Positions 15,807-25,760 of a stretch of 64,000 nt of DNA are shown piece after piece. The notes below the pieces were generated by a model. It made no database searches, was not told the DNA's origin, and saw only the letters and a list, made by a program, of their open reading frames with translations. The DNA is taken from positions 1-64,000 of IMG/VR virus record IMGVR_UViG_3300020388_000011; one strand, written 5' to 3'. Positions within the stretch are counted from its first letter, which is position 1; the number at the start of each line of letters is the position of its first letter. The translations under genes were made by a program, and so were the position numbers. This DNA comes from a virus (lineage: Duplodnaviria; Caudoviricetes).

Positions 15807-16397
15807 ATGACAATCAAAATACACCGAGGCATACTCGGGGAACTTTCTCCTCTTATTTATTTTACGGGGAGATCTTCAGATGGCACTTCTTCCTCAAATG
15901 GTGCAATAGAAATTGACCAATTCACAATATCATATAATTCTGAAGATCCTGAAGCTATTGATATTATTGATAACAGATTAACTATAACTAATGAAGCCAC
16001 AACATATGACGTATATAACGTTCACTATAGTGAATGGGTAGATAGTGATGAGTTTACTTTCGGTGACGCCGATGCTGTTGTTGAGTATATACTTGCGGAA
16101 ATAGCATCAGTTACATCTAATATCACTGGAGATAACTCTTTACCACAACCTCGCATAGGTGGTCAAAATAATATTTTGGTATCAGCTAACTCACCATTCA
16201 TATATGACGCAACATTTAATAAAGGCATTGGATATTATTGGGATGAAAGTACATTTCCTGCAGGAGTAGAAGTGTCGAGGTATGATCGGCGTAAAATAGG
16301 AGGAACAATAAGTCAAGTGGGAACATATGTAATAAATCTTGAAATTGCAAATAAAACCGGAATCGTTCTAACGAACGTCACCATTGAAGTTTTATAG
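15807..16397 (+). CDS. Hypothetical protein, probably structural (Ig-like C-terminus)
   Basis: Late promoter upstream; C-terminal FPAGV...IGGT...GTYVI..N resembles Ig-like repeats. Confidence 0.55.
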   Translation: MTIKIHRGILGELSPLIYFTGRSSDGTSSSNGAIEIDQFTISYNSEDPEAIDIIDNRLTITNEATTYDVYNVHYSEWVDSDEFTFGDADAVVEYILAEIASVTSNITGDNSLPQPRIGGQNNILVSANSPFIYDATFNKGIGYYWDESTFPAGVEVSRYDRRKIGGTISQVGTYVINLEIANKTGIVLTNVTIEVL

Positions 16398-16403
16398 AAT
16401 CTA

Positions 16404-16412
16404 TGTTATAAT
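16404..16412 (+). promoter_or_regulatory. Extended -10 promoter for hli pair
   Basis: TGTTATAAT upstream of ATG 16441. Confidence 0.6.
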
Positions 16413-16440
16413 ATCTAAGTACTTCACAAAAGGTTATACT

Positions 16441-16557
16441 ATGTTCGGTTTTACCCCTGAAGCAGAAATTCTAAATGCTCGTCTAGCAATGCTAGGTTTC
16501 GTCATCGCTGTCGGTACCTATGCTGTGACAGGCGAGATTATTCCCGGTGTATTCTAA
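16441..16557 (+). CDS. hli: High-light-inducible protein (38 aa, not in ORF track)
   Basis: MFGFTPEAEILNARLAMLGFVIAVGTYAVTGEIIPGVF: ExxNxRxAMxG chlorophyll-binding motif plus TGxIIPG. Confidence 0.93.
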   Translation: MFGFTPEAEILNARLAMLGFVIAVGTYAVTGEIIPGVF

Positions 16558-16742
16558 TGAGTACTGTAACCGAGGACGGGGGACGTACTAATATCTACGC
16601 CAAAGAGCCAGATATGTATTACGATTCTTCATCTGCATACGAACAGAAGGAAATGTATAATGGTCGTTGGGCTATGATCGGTATTATATCTGGTCTAATC
16701 TCCTATGCTATTACAGGTAATTTCTTTTTTGGAATCTTCTGA
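16557..16742 (+). CDS. hli: High-light-inducible protein with TEDGGRxN N-terminal extension
   Basis: EMYNGRWAMIG...TGNFFFGIF; start overlaps the previous stop (TAATG). Confidence 0.9.
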   Translation: MSTVTEDGGRTNIYAKEPDMYYDSSSAYEQKEMYNGRWAMIGIISGLISYAITGNFFFGIF

Positions 16743-16774
16743 CACAGACCAATAACAACTAAATACATATAATA

Positions 16775-16797
16775 AGAGGGATACACCCTCTTTTTTT
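16775..16797 (+). terminator. Rho-independent terminator after hli pair
   Basis: AGAGGG-ATACA-CCCTCT followed by a T run. Confidence 0.75.
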
Positions 16798-16904
16798 GTA
16801 GGGGAAAATAATGACTTTATTGCTTTGTTTTCTACCACTTATTATAATCTTTATACTAATGAAGTTTGTATTGCTGGTAGAAGAGTCCCATAAAGAATAC
16901 GATT

Positions 16905-17111
16905 ATGTACGACAAGAACCAACCAGAGAAAGAACATTTTTGGAAAATGTCTATGAAGACCTTGATGGTGAGGAAAATCGTGATTGATATTGAAGAGAAG
17001 CTCCCAGGTCTCATTGATGAATGGTACCGTGAGCACGGGTTAGATACTCCACTATGGAGACAACCCAAGCCATACTTTGATGACGATGGAAATATCGTAA
17101 GACCTGAGTAA
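16905..17111 (+). CDS. Hypothetical protein
   Basis: 68-aa ORF on the coding strand with TATAAT upstream. Confidence 0.55.
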   Translation: MYDKNQPEKEHFWKMSMKTLMVRKIVIDIEEKLPGLIDEWYREHGLDTPLWRQPKPYFDDDGNIVRPE

Positions 17112-17147
17112 CTATAAATATATCGGAATAATATATTATCCTTTATA

Positions 17148-18026
17148 ATGTCGCAAATCATATTTCCTTTAAATCCAATAGAAGGTGAGGTGTTTATAGC
17201 AGGTTCTGTTACATATACTTGGCATACTGATAAATGGGTTTCTACAGGACCATCATTCGCCTCTATGGGAGCCACTGGACCTCAAGGTACATTTGGATCT
17301 ACTGGTGCTACAGGTAGTATGGGATCCAGTGGAGCTACAGGTGATCCTGGCTTAGGTGCTATGTGCTTCACCTATAGGTATGATAGTTCCACTAATACTA
17401 ATAGCGAGCCATCAAATGGTCGTATAAGATTTAATAATTCAAATCCACAAGACGCAACTGCCATTGCCATCAATGATACTAATGCAGATGGAGTTGATAT
17501 CTCAAACTTCTTTGGTCTCTTTGGTACTGGGGCGCAAGTTTATATCCAAGAGGAGAGAGATGCTAGTAGCTTTATACTTCTCACACTAAACGCAGCGGCT
17601 TCCAATCAAGGTAGTTGGTATAAGTTTACTAACTTTACAGTTTACCTATATGGTAATGTTACCTTTAATAACTTAAATAAGTTGATGGTTTGCGTTCAAC
17701 CACAAGGTCCAACTGGTCTAACCGGGGCAACGGGTCTTACTGGAGCTGGAACATCAGCAACATCATTCCAATGGAACGATCACATCATCCCCGATACAAA
17801 TGAGTCTTATGATATAGGTTCAGCAGAGTATAAAGTGCGCCATCTATTTTTAAGTGATAACTCTGTTTATACTGATAGTGGTGAGGTTAGAGTTGGGTTC
17901 TCAACCCAAGTTGGAACATCCACCAAAATGCTAAAAGGCACAAAACTACAAGAGATTGTGGCTAATTCTGTTGACTTTCAAGATTTTAAAGTCAAAATGG
18001 CGTCAGAAGATTTTGGCTCTTTATAA
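17148..18026 (+). CDS. Short fibre/virion protein with small collagen segments
   Basis: Late promoter at 17113; FP.NP..G....TYTW N-terminal motif; IIPDTNESYDIGS motif; GATG triplets. Confidence 0.7.
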   Translation: MSQIIFPLNPIEGEVFIAGSVTYTWHTDKWVSTGPSFASMGATGPQGTFGSTGATGSMGSSGATGDPGLGAMCFTYRYDSSTNTNSEPSNGRIRFNNSNPQDATAIAINDTNADGVDISNFFGLFGTGAQVYIQEERDASSFILLTLNAAASNQGSWYKFTNFTVYLYGNVTFNNLNKLMVCVQPQGPTGLTGATGLTGAGTSATSFQWNDHIIPDTNESYDIGSAEYKVRHLFLSDNSVYTDSGEVRVGFSTQVGTSTKMLKGTKLQEIVANSVDFQDFKVKMASEDFGSL

Positions 18027-18069
18027 TATGGTATAAATAGCCATAGGGAATCCATAGTATGATTACAAG

Positions 18070-21000
18070 ATGGCTTACAAGATTAATGGCGTTATCCGCC
18101 TGAGCGATGCTGGTGATGCGGATCTAGGAATAGTAACCGCAACTAATATCAACTCCACTGGAGTAGCTACTGCTACGGAATTTGATGGCAAGGTTTCAGA
18201 GAAAGCCATCACAGAACAAACAGCTGGGGATGAAGCCGACGTTACTGGTGCCGATGAGCTGTTGATTTATGATCAACAGACAGACTCATTGCTGCGAGTA
18301 TCTGTTGATGACTTCATAAGTGCTTCTGGTATTGGAACTCTTGTATCTAATTTTACTCACATAGATAGTAACTCTCTAGTTGTAACTGGATTATCAACTC
18401 TCGGTGGAGCGGAAATTGGCGCTGGTATTATTACAGCAGCATCTCCAACGGGAATTGTAACTTTCTATGGTGATGGACAATATTTGGAGGGTGTAACCAC
18501 CACACCTTCAATCATATCTACGACCGAACCAACTCAAAGACCAAATGGAACTCCCCTACAAGAGGGTGATTTATGGTTCTTTACTGGCACTGGTGCAGGT
18601 CAGTTAAGACAATACACTTATTATAATTCGGCATTTGTGGATTCCAATCCCGCCCCCGCTATTGATCCAGTTGAATTCGCAGGAGATATTGGAACTGGTT
18701 CTGTTGCTTTAGGATCAACCATTACTATTGCGGGCTCTGCAGATATTGAAACAGTTGCTTCAGGGAGTACAATTACAATCTCTCTAAAATCAACCCAAGC
18801 ATCTATTGCTGGCACTGTTAGTGGGTCATTAATACCTGATACTACAGAGGTTTATGACTTAGGTTCATCAACAAATCGTTTCAGAGATATCTATCTAGCT
18901 GGTAATACTATTGATTTAGGTGGTATTGAGATCCAAAATACTTCTGGAAAATTAACTGCCGATGGTTCTGATTTAATTATTGAAGGTTTGGATACACAGT
19001 TAGGTGTAGTCACAACTTCGGATCTTATAGTGAGCGCTGGTGGTTCAGTAACTGCCCCTACTTTCTATGGTAGTGCTGCTGGCTTGACTGATGTCCCTCA
19101 AGGTTCTACGGGAGCTACTGGTCCTGATGGTCCCACTGGTCCTGACGGTCCTGATGGACCCCCTGGTCCAAGCGTCACTGGTCCTCCTGGTCCTGATGGT
19201 CCCACTGGTCCTGACGGTCCTGATGGACCCCCTGGTCCAAGTGTCACTGGTCCTCCAGGTCCTGACGGTCCTGATGGTCCCACTGGTCCTGATGGTCCTT
19301 CTGGTCCTCCTGGTCCAAGCGTCACTGGTCCTCCTGGTTCCCCTGGTTCCCCTGGTCCTGACGGTCCTGACGGTCCCGATGGTCCTGATGGTCCTCCTGG
19401 TCCAAGTGTCACTGGTCCTCCTGGTCCTCCAGGTCCTAGTGTAACTGGAGCCACTGGTCCTATTGGACCTGGTAATCCTCCACCTGGTCTTCAATACACT
19501 TTTAGTACTAGTACTGGAATTAATGGCACCGCAAATGGACAGCTTCGACTCAATGCAACTCAAAGTGGATTGGGAATAAACGTTAATGACAGGAATCTCG
19601 TAAGCCAAGCAAACTTCTTTGCTTCAATTAGTACTGGAGTTGAATATATCATCTACATCGCATATGATGGTGGTGTTTGTTACTTCCAGGGGACTTATAC
19701 AGATAATATAGCCAACTCATTTAGATTTACTAGTGGATCATTAACAGGAACTCTTCCTGGAGCAAATGATGATTTAGAAGTCATTATTACTCCTGTTTCT
19801 AGTGGAGACACTGGTCCTCCAGGTCCTGACGGTCCTGACGGTCCTGATGGTCCCACTGGTCCTGATGGTCCTCCTGGTCCTAGCGTAACTGGTCCCCCTG
19901 GTCCTCCTGGTCCTAGCGTAACTGGTCCTCCAGGTCCCGATGGTCCCGATGGTCCTCCTGGTCCTAGCGTAACTGGTCCTCCAGGTCCCGATGGTCCTGA
20001 TGGTCCCCCTGGTCCTAGCGTAACTGGTCCTCCAGGCGCCTCTGGTCCCTCTGGTCCTCCTGGTCCTAGTGTCACGGGTCCTCCTGGTCCCGATGGTCCT
20101 GATGGTCCCCCTGGTCCTAGCGTAACTGGTCCTCCAGGTCCTCCTGGTCCCGATGGTCCCGATGGTCCCGATGGTCCTGGTGGTTCTCCTGGTCCCAATG
20201 GTCCTCCAGGTCCTGCTGGTGTTTCAGCCACACTAACAAGTGGAACTTACATAAATGGCAACAATTATAATGGCAGTACAAATAGAACTTGGTCTGTTGA
20301 TGCTACTACAGCGGCAACTGCATCTAAAATTGTTGCTAGAAATGGTTCTGGTGATGTCAGTGTAAATCAAATTACGCTCGCTAATATTGAGACTACAACT
20401 GATACAATTAAGATTGGTAAGGCAGCTGGTAATGCAGAAACAGTAGATGGTGGAAACGTTTTTATCGGTCTTAATGCTGGTGAGGATGCTGTAAACGCAA
20501 CTAGAACCACGTGTGTTGGAAAGACTGCTGGCTTTGGTGCTGGTGGTGATGGCAACACGTACATTGGTGCTGATATTGCATCTGCTAATGTAGGTCAAAC
20601 TGCTTTCTCCAATACCGTTATTGGTGCGGCAGCTATGAACAAAGTCACTTCTGGTGCTGGTAATTTTATTGGCGGTCTCTCTGCTGGAAATAATTTGTCA
20701 TCAGGCAATGCCAATGTTATGATTGGACAAGTTGCAGGTCAGAATACTACTATCGGAGCAAGTAATGTTTTTGTTGGATCTCAAGCTGGATCCAATATAA
20801 TTACAGGAAACTCTAATACATTTCTTGGTGAGTTAGCTGATACTTTAAATACTTCGGCAATTGGGCACCTTGCTATTGGTTCTGCGGTGGTAACCCCTAA
20901 TGTCGCAGGTGCGCAATTGGCAATTGGTGCAGGTGCTAATAGGTGGTTTACTGGTGATGATTCTTATAATACAAATACTAATGAGCTCAAATGTTTAGCA

Positions 21001-21465
21001 ATGGCAAGTTGCTATCCATTACCAACTAACGCCACTAATATTGGTGGAGCAACTTCATTACAGACTGGTCATCAATTTATTACTTTCTATAATCCAGGAG
21101 GAAATTTCGGACAAGGATCACAGCTTATTGTAACAACTTTACCAGTCAATAGTGATATTGCGTGGCTTAAAATTACCACTATTCTCAAATTCTCTAGTAC
21201 TGGAGGAATAACTTCCGATATTATTATTGCTAGAGTGGTAAATGGTACTTTGGTAATTACGGATGAGTTCGGCAATGCTCAAGCTTTCAGTACAATTTAC
21301 ACATCATATCCATCAGTCGCATCCAACCCAGCTAACTTTGGACCATTCTATACGAATAATCCAGCTGGAACAATCAATATTGGTGTTGCTAACTTCAGTG
21401 GTGCTACAGTGAACGGTGTCCAAGTTGCCGTAGATGTCGAAGCTTGTTTCGCTGATTTCCCATAA
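18070..21465 (+). CDS. Collagen-like tail fibre with C-terminal NxxIGxxAG beta-solenoid repeats
   Basis: Late promoter at 18032; two [11 protein letters not shown] tracts; repeated N-x-x-IG-x-x-AG units. Confidence 0.75.
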   Translation: MAYKINGVIRLSDAGDADLGIVTATNINSTGVATATEFDGKVSEKAITEQTAGDEADVTGADELLIYDQQTDSLLRVSVDDFISASGIGTLVSNFTHIDSNSLVVTGLSTLGGAEIGAGIITAASPTGIVTFYGDGQYLEGVTTTPSIISTTEPTQRPNGTPLQEGDLWFFTGTGAGQLRQYTYYNSAFVDSNPAPAIDPVEFAGDIGTGSVALGSTITIAGSADIETVASGSTITISLKSTQASIAGTVSGSLIPDTTEVYDLGSSTNRFRDIYLAGNTIDLGGIEIQNTSGKLTADGSDLIIEGLDTQLGVVTTSDLIVSAGGSVTAPTFYGSAAGLTDVPQGSTGATGPDGPTGPDGPDGPPGPSVTGPPGPDGPTGPDGPDGPPGPSVTGPPGPDGPDGPTGPDGPSGPPGPSVTGPPGSPGSPGPDGPDGPDGPDGPPGPSVTGPPGPPGPSVTGATGPIGPGNPPPGLQYTFSTSTGINGTANGQLRLNATQSGLGINVNDRNLVSQANFFASISTGVEYIIYIAYDGGVCYFQGTYTDNIANSFRFTSGSLTGTLPGANDDLEVIITPVSSGDTGPPGPDGPDGPDGPTGPDGPPGPSVTGPPGPPGPSVTGPPGPDGPDGPPGPSVTGPPGPDGPDGPPGPSVTGPPGASGPSGPPGPSVTGPPGPDGPDGPPGPSVTGPPGPPGPDGPDGPDGPGGSPGPNGPPGPAGVSATLTSGTYINGNNYNGSTNRTWSVDATTAATASKIVARNGSGDVSVNQITLANIETTTDTIKIGKAAGNAETVDGGNVFIGLNAGEDAVNATRTTCVGKTAGFGAGGDGNTYIGADIASANVGQTAFSNTVIGAAAMNKVTSGAGNFIGGLSAGNNLSSGNANVMIGQVAGQNTTIGASNVFVGSQAGSNIITGNSNTFLGELADTLNTSAIGHLAIGSAVVTPNVAGAQLAIGAGANRWFTGDDSYNTNTNELKCLAMASCYPLPTNATNIGGATSLQTGHQFITFYNPGGNFGQGSQLIVTTLPVNSDIAWLKITTILKFSSTGGITSDIIIARVVNGTLVITDEFGNAQAFSTIYTSYPSVASNPANFGPFYTNNPAGTINIGVANFSGATVNGVQVAVDVEACFADFP
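19110..20220 (+). repeat. Two collagen-coding repeat tracts ([14 protein letters not shown])
   Basis: ggtcctgatggtcc / ggtcctagcgtaact repeats at about 19110-19470 and 19810-20220. Confidence 0.85.
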
Positions 21466-21498
21466 GACTATATAGTCTAATAGAACATATAAAATAGA

Positions 21499-21669
21499 AT
21501 GAACAAGGACAAACGATTTGTCGTTGAGTTACAAGAAGATGTTTCCTCGGGTGACCTTATCGTTCAACTTCCACCCGAAATTCTTAATGAATTTTGTTGG
21601 TATGAAGGAACTGAATTAGAATGGGTCATAGAGGGAGATGAAGTATTCCTCCGTGAACTAACAAAATGA
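21499..21669 (+). CDS. Small AbrB/MazE-like protein (56 aa, not in ORF track)
   Basis: MNKDKRFVVELQEDVSSGDLIVQLPPEILNEFCWYEGTELEWVIEGDEVFLRELTK: G.L...P..I....W.EG..LEW pattern. Confidence 0.6.
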   Translation: MNKDKRFVVELQEDVSSGDLIVQLPPEILNEFCWYEGTELEWVIEGDEVFLRELTK

Positions 21670-21851
21670 CTGACAAACTCTATCACATCTATGTCAATAA
21701 TACTTGTATTCGGTCTTGCTTATGCGAAGCTGAATTTAAAAAAGAGATGGTTGGCATTAAAACATATTTGGAGTTGACCAATCACTCTAAAGATGCTAAA
21801 CTTGAATATGTAGAGTGTGAAGCACCTACTTATACAGATGCTTCGTACTAA
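21666..21851 (+). CDS. Hypothetical protein
   Basis: ATGA overlap with previous ORF. Confidence 0.6.
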   Translation: MTDKLYHIYVNNTCIRSCLCEAEFKKEMVGIKTYLELTNHSKDAKLEYVECEAPTYTDASY

Positions 21852-21897
21852 CTACAGTACTAGTATGAATTGAAACGTTTCATTATTAAAGAATATT

Positions 21898-22665
21898 ATG
21901 GCTAAAGGATTTACGGTAAAGGCAAAAGAGCCACCCAAGGGTAAGGTTGCTAATCAAGCAGAAGAGTGGGATTATGCAAAGGCAAAGGAGATGCTTAAAG
22001 GTAAAAGCATTGTCTTCTGTCTTCCTGGTCGTGGCGTAAGCTACACCTACTTAAAGAACTTTGTTCAAATGTGTTTTGACTTAGTTCAAATGGGAGCATC
22101 TATTCAGATCTCCCAAGACTACAGTTCAATGGTAAACTTCGCACGTTGTAAGTGCCTCGGTGCTAACGTTCTACGTGGTCCCGATCAGATTCCGTGGAAC
22201 GGTAAGCTACATTATGACTATCAGCTTTGGATTGATAGTGATATCGTATTCAACACCCAGAAGCTTCTTCAACTAGTCCTTATGGATACAGACATCGCTA
22301 CTGGTTGGTACTCTACTGAAGATGGTCGTACCACTTCCGTAGCTCACTGGCTAGAAGAAGATGACTTTGCCAAGAATGGTGGTGTTATGAACCACGAAAT
22401 GGTTGAAGGAATCCAAAAGCGTAAGAAGCCTTTCACTGTTGACTATGCTGGCTTTGGTTGGATCCTACTCAAGAATGGTGTGTTTGAGCACCCTGAGATG
22501 AAGTACCCCTGGTTCGCTCCCAAGATGCAAATCTTTGATTCAGGTAATGTACAAGATATGTGTGGTGAAGATGTTAGTTTCTGTCTAGATGCTATCGCTG
22601 CTGGCTTTGAGATCTGGTGTGATCCTCGCATCCGCGTAGGACACGAAAAGACCCGAGTCATCTGA
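21898..22665 (+). CDS. Conserved cyanophage GT-A fold glycosyltransferase-like protein
   Basis: IVFCLPGRG, VNFARCKCLG, WIDSDIVF (DxD), GEDVSFC, VGHEK. Confidence 0.75.
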   Translation: MAKGFTVKAKEPPKGKVANQAEEWDYAKAKEMLKGKSIVFCLPGRGVSYTYLKNFVQMCFDLVQMGASIQISQDYSSMVNFARCKCLGANVLRGPDQIPWNGKLHYDYQLWIDSDIVFNTQKLLQLVLMDTDIATGWYSTEDGRTTSVAHWLEEDDFAKNGGVMNHEMVEGIQKRKKPFTVDYAGFGWILLKNGVFEHPEMKYPWFAPKMQIFDSGNVQDMCGEDVSFCLDAIAAGFEIWCDPRIRVGHEKTRVI

Positions 22666-22683
22666 TCACTTTATAAACTGTCC

Positions 22684-22711
22684 ACCACCTCCTACGGGGG
22701 GTGGTTTTTTT
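22684..22711 (+). terminator. Rho-independent terminator
   Basis: ACCACCTCC-TACG-GGGGGTGGT followed by a T run. Confidence 0.75.
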
Positions 22712-22764
22712 ATAAATATTAATATGATCTTTTTTTATTATGGTAAAATAATAAAGGGACACGA

Positions 22765-24090
22765 ATGGATCTTACTCCAAAGCAACAGATAGAAGCACTA
22801 TTTGCCGAATATGGCGATGGTAAAGACTACATAAGAGTAGTAAGAGATAATTCAGACTATGTTATTACAATGGTAGGAAGCTACCAGTATCGCGGTAAAT
22901 TTAAAGTTAAGCGTACCAATTCAAATGGTTATTTAATATATGAAGGACCTCTTTCAGGTACTAAGGGTCAATGGCTAGTAGCGGCAGAATTACGTGATTA
23001 CGAATCCCTCTATACATTTACGTTCCCAACTGAGGGGTTAGATGACTCTCCGTCACCAATATATAAACCCAACCTAAGCAATATTACAGGCGATTACAAC
23101 ATTATTGATGGTTTTGGTGAGGCTTCAGTTGAATTTGCTCTTGAGGATTTAACAAATGTGGACATACCACAACAACCTCCAGTTGCTTTTGACTATGCCC
23201 CCGGTACAAATATGTACAATCTAGATGCTATTGGTGCCCCCGAAGCTTGGGCTGTTGGATTAACTGGTGCGGGTATCATTGTTGCTGTACTTGATACTGG
23301 TGTAGACATTACTCATATTGAATTAGATGATAACATCTGGATAAATATTGGAGAAATTCCAAACAATGGTATTGATGATGATTTGAATGGTTACATTGAT
23401 GACGTCAATGGTTGGGACTTTGTAAATAATGATAACTCCTTAGAGGACTTGGATGGTCATGGTACTCACGTAGCAGGCACTGTCTCTGCTGAGGATAATG
23501 GAATTGGTATTGTCGGTGCAGCATTCAATACACAAATCATGCCAATAAAAATTCTTCCCGGAACTGATCAGGGTGGATCATACTTGAATCTAGCTTCAGG
23601 CATCTATTATGCAGTTGATAATGGTGCCAACGTAATTAATATGTCTCTTGGCGGTGGTTATGTTCCCCCTCAAATAATTAGAGATGCTATTAAGTATGCA
23701 AATGACAATGACGTCATCTGCGTAATGGCTGCTGGAAATGCCTTTGATACTGATCCAATTGCGGCTTCAAGTCCTGAGGCACCTGGATCATACGCATCAG
23801 AGTATGGGATTGTTGTTGGAGCCATTGATGAGGCTGGTGATATGACATCATTCTCAAATAGAGCGGGTGAACCAGTGGACTGGGATAATGATGGCACTAA
23901 AGAGCTGCTATATGTGACTACATCTGGCAAAACAATTTGGTCAACCTTACCAGGTAATCTGATAGGCACAAAGAGTGGTACCTCTATGGCTTGCCCCCTA
24001 ATCGCAGCAGCAGTTGCGATATTACTTCAGGCTGATCCATCCTTGAAACCGGATCAAATTAGAGTCCTATTGGCAAATACATCAAAGTAG
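22765..24090 (+). CDS. Subtilisin-like (S8) serine protease
   Basis: Triad motifs VAVLDTG, HGTHVAG, GTSMACP; oxyanion AAGN; GIDDDLNGYIDDVNGWDF Ca-loop. Confidence 0.92.
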   Translation: MDLTPKQQIEALFAEYGDGKDYIRVVRDNSDYVITMVGSYQYRGKFKVKRTNSNGYLIYEGPLSGTKGQWLVAAELRDYESLYTFTFPTEGLDDSPSPIYKPNLSNITGDYNIIDGFGEASVEFALEDLTNVDIPQQPPVAFDYAPGTNMYNLDAIGAPEAWAVGLTGAGIIVAVLDTGVDITHIELDDNIWINIGEIPNNGIDDDLNGYIDDVNGWDFVNNDNSLEDLDGHGTHVAGTVSAEDNGIGIVGAAFNTQIMPIKILPGTDQGGSYLNLASGIYYAVDNGANVINMSLGGGYVPPQIIRDAIKYANDNDVICVMAAGNAFDTDPIAASSPEAPGSYASEYGIVVGAIDEAGDMTSFSNRAGEPVDWDNDGTKELLYVTTSGKTIWSTLPGNLIGTKSGTSMACPLIAAAVAILLQADPSLKPDQIRVLLANTSK

Positions 24091-24206
24091 GTTATAGGGG
24101 GGGCTGAATGCCCCCTAAACAACCATTAAACTGTCCACCACTTCTCACGATGTGTTAAAAAAATCTCATATCTTTAACACATCAAAGACAACGTGTTAAG
24201 TGTCAC

Positions 24207-24243
24207 ACCACCTCTTCACAGGGGTGGTTTTTTAATGTATAAT
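24207..24243 (+). promoter_or_regulatory. Terminator-like hairpin joined to a -10 element
   Basis: ACCACCTC-TTCACA-GGGGTGGT, T run, then ATGTATAAT. Confidence 0.6.
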
Positions 24244-24267
24244 AATAATGCAATACTTATATTGAAT

Positions 24268-24762
24268 ATGCATACACACAACGAACATCCTGGGTTCTAC
24301 GATAAGTGGTTTAAGATTTGGTCGGACTGTGCCCCAGAAGTACTAGACGCCACTGCTATTATCCGTGTGATGGAATGCACTAATGGTTGCGTTCAGTATG
24401 GTTTCCGTGGAGAGAGCCCTAACGCACTATCAGTAGAGCAGACCCGTGAGTGTATGAAGGTCTCTATGGGGGCTATAAAGAGTAAGAAGCTACCTCTACC
24501 AACGGGAGAGGTAATCTATATGCCCGAAGGAGCAATCCCCCTTATGGACCAAGCTAGGGACCTCTACCAGAAAATGAAGGCAAAAGATATTGATGCTTAT
24601 GATGAGTTCTTTGCACTCTCCACAGCACACTTCCATGTTCTTGGTAAAGAGATTATTGATGAGAAGTTTGCATTCCTAACAGAACATTTTGGAGATGTCT
24701 TCACACCTTATTGGATTGATAGGGGTAGGGAGTATATCTATGATGCTCTAAATCTAACCTAA
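24268..24762 (+). CDS. Hypothetical protein
   Basis: Start moved to ATG 24268, downstream of the promoter element. Confidence 0.7.
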   Translation: MHTHNEHPGFYDKWFKIWSDCAPEVLDATAIIRVMECTNGCVQYGFRGESPNALSVEQTRECMKVSMGAIKSKKLPLPTGEVIYMPEGAIPLMDQARDLYQKMKAKDIDAYDEFFALSTAHFHVLGKEIIDEKFAFLTEHFGDVFTPYWIDRGREYIYDALNLT

Positions 24763-24786
24763 ATAATAGTAACCGTCGGTATCAAC

Positions 24787-24966
24787 ATGTCTGATTCTGC
24801 TTCACGTGTTTATGATGCCGTTACTCAGGCTGGTATGAGTATTACACCCGAAGCCATTGCTGCCGCTATTAGGTGTGCCGCAATGGAATGCCGGGATGAT
24901 GAGGGAAACATTAGCCTAACTAAGATGTATGAATTAACCTGTGAATTAGAAACTATTATATTATGA
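24787..24966 (+). CDS. Hypothetical protein (59 aa, not in ORF track)
   Basis: MSDSASRVYDAV...ETIIL; ATGA overlap with next ORF. Confidence 0.55.
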   Translation: MSDSASRVYDAVTQAGMSITPEAIAAAIRCAAMECRDDEGNISLTKMYELTCELETIIL

Positions 24967-25217
24967 ATCAAATTTATTATCTCGACGCCGCACTTCTTAT
25001 CATTGTAGTTATTGCTATTATGGATAATAATGTGGCTCCTTGGTTAGGGCTACAGTTTAAAGTATTGACTGTAGAATTACGTAGGCAGTGGCTTCTTCTT
25101 AAAATGAAGCCAGACCTATGGTTGATGAAGTGGAGAATGAAAAGAGTTCTTAAGAAACTACAGCAGGATACAGAGTTACAGGCTATAATCAAGGAACATC
25201 AAGAGAATGAAAAATGA
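24963..25217 (+). CDS. Hypothetical membrane-anchored protein
   Basis: N-terminal hydrophobic stretch; translational coupling on both sides. Confidence 0.6.
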   Translation: MNQIYYLDAALLIIVVIAIMDNNVAPWLGLQFKVLTVELRRQWLLLKMKPDLWLMKWRMKRVLKKLQQDTELQAIIKEHQENEK

Positions 25218-25393
25218 TACTTTTAGCGGCAGCAGCCACAACAATGCTTACTTGTGCTCAAGTACAGCACGTTGAGAGGGGTGTTTTAGTACACCCAATG
25301 CTAACGTACACACAAAGAGCAGAGATTATATTAGAGCTTGATATCGCAACAAACGAAGAATGTGATTTGGGTTATAACAATGGGGATGTTTGA
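25214..25393 (+). CDS. Hypothetical small protein (59 aa, not in ORF track)
   Basis: MILLAAAATTMLTCAQ...EECDLGYNNGDV; ATGA overlap. Confidence 0.5.
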   Translation: MILLAAAATTMLTCAQVQHVERGVLVHPMLTYTQRAEIILELDIATNEECDLGYNNGDV

Positions 25394-25736
25394 TGAGGTA
25401 AAATGCTCTGCCCCCATTGGAGAGCTTACTAATGTCTTAACACAGACAAAAGATATATCAGATGATTACTGGGAGGGGGGCACAATGTCCTTCTACTGGA
25501 TTGACCCATCAGGTCAGATGTGGGGATCAGATTATACAGGAACGTATGACTTTGTGTTTAATGGTGCAAGGTATACTACAGTAAAAACTAATAATAGGGG
25601 AAAGTTATATCCGTTATTGATTACTAGAAAGATAGAAATATATAATTATACGACACAGGCAGATGGTTATGTTGAGGGTGTGGTATGTGAGCTTAGGATA
25701 TGCGAAGGAAAGCTAATAAATTACAAGTATAAATAA
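25380..25736 (+). CDS. Hypothetical phage protein (MGMFD family)
   Basis: MGMFDEV..QTKD...YWIDPSGQ pattern typical of phage ORFans. Confidence 0.65.
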   Translation: MGMFDEVKCSAPIGELTNVLTQTKDISDDYWEGGTMSFYWIDPSGQMWGSDYTGTYDFVFNGARYTTVKTNNRGKLYPLLITRKIEIYNYTTQADGYVEGVVCELRICEGKLINYKYK

Positions 25737-25760
25737 ACCATACGGATTTATTTTGTTACG

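Noticed and set aside
19098-20231. Antisense Gly-Pro-rich 'collagen' ORFs
   Set aside because: Reverse complement of GGT-CCT repeats automatically encodes Gly/Pro; artefact
24193-24267. Longer start for the 24193 ORF
   Set aside because: Overlaps a terminator hairpin and -10 element; ATG 24268 preferred
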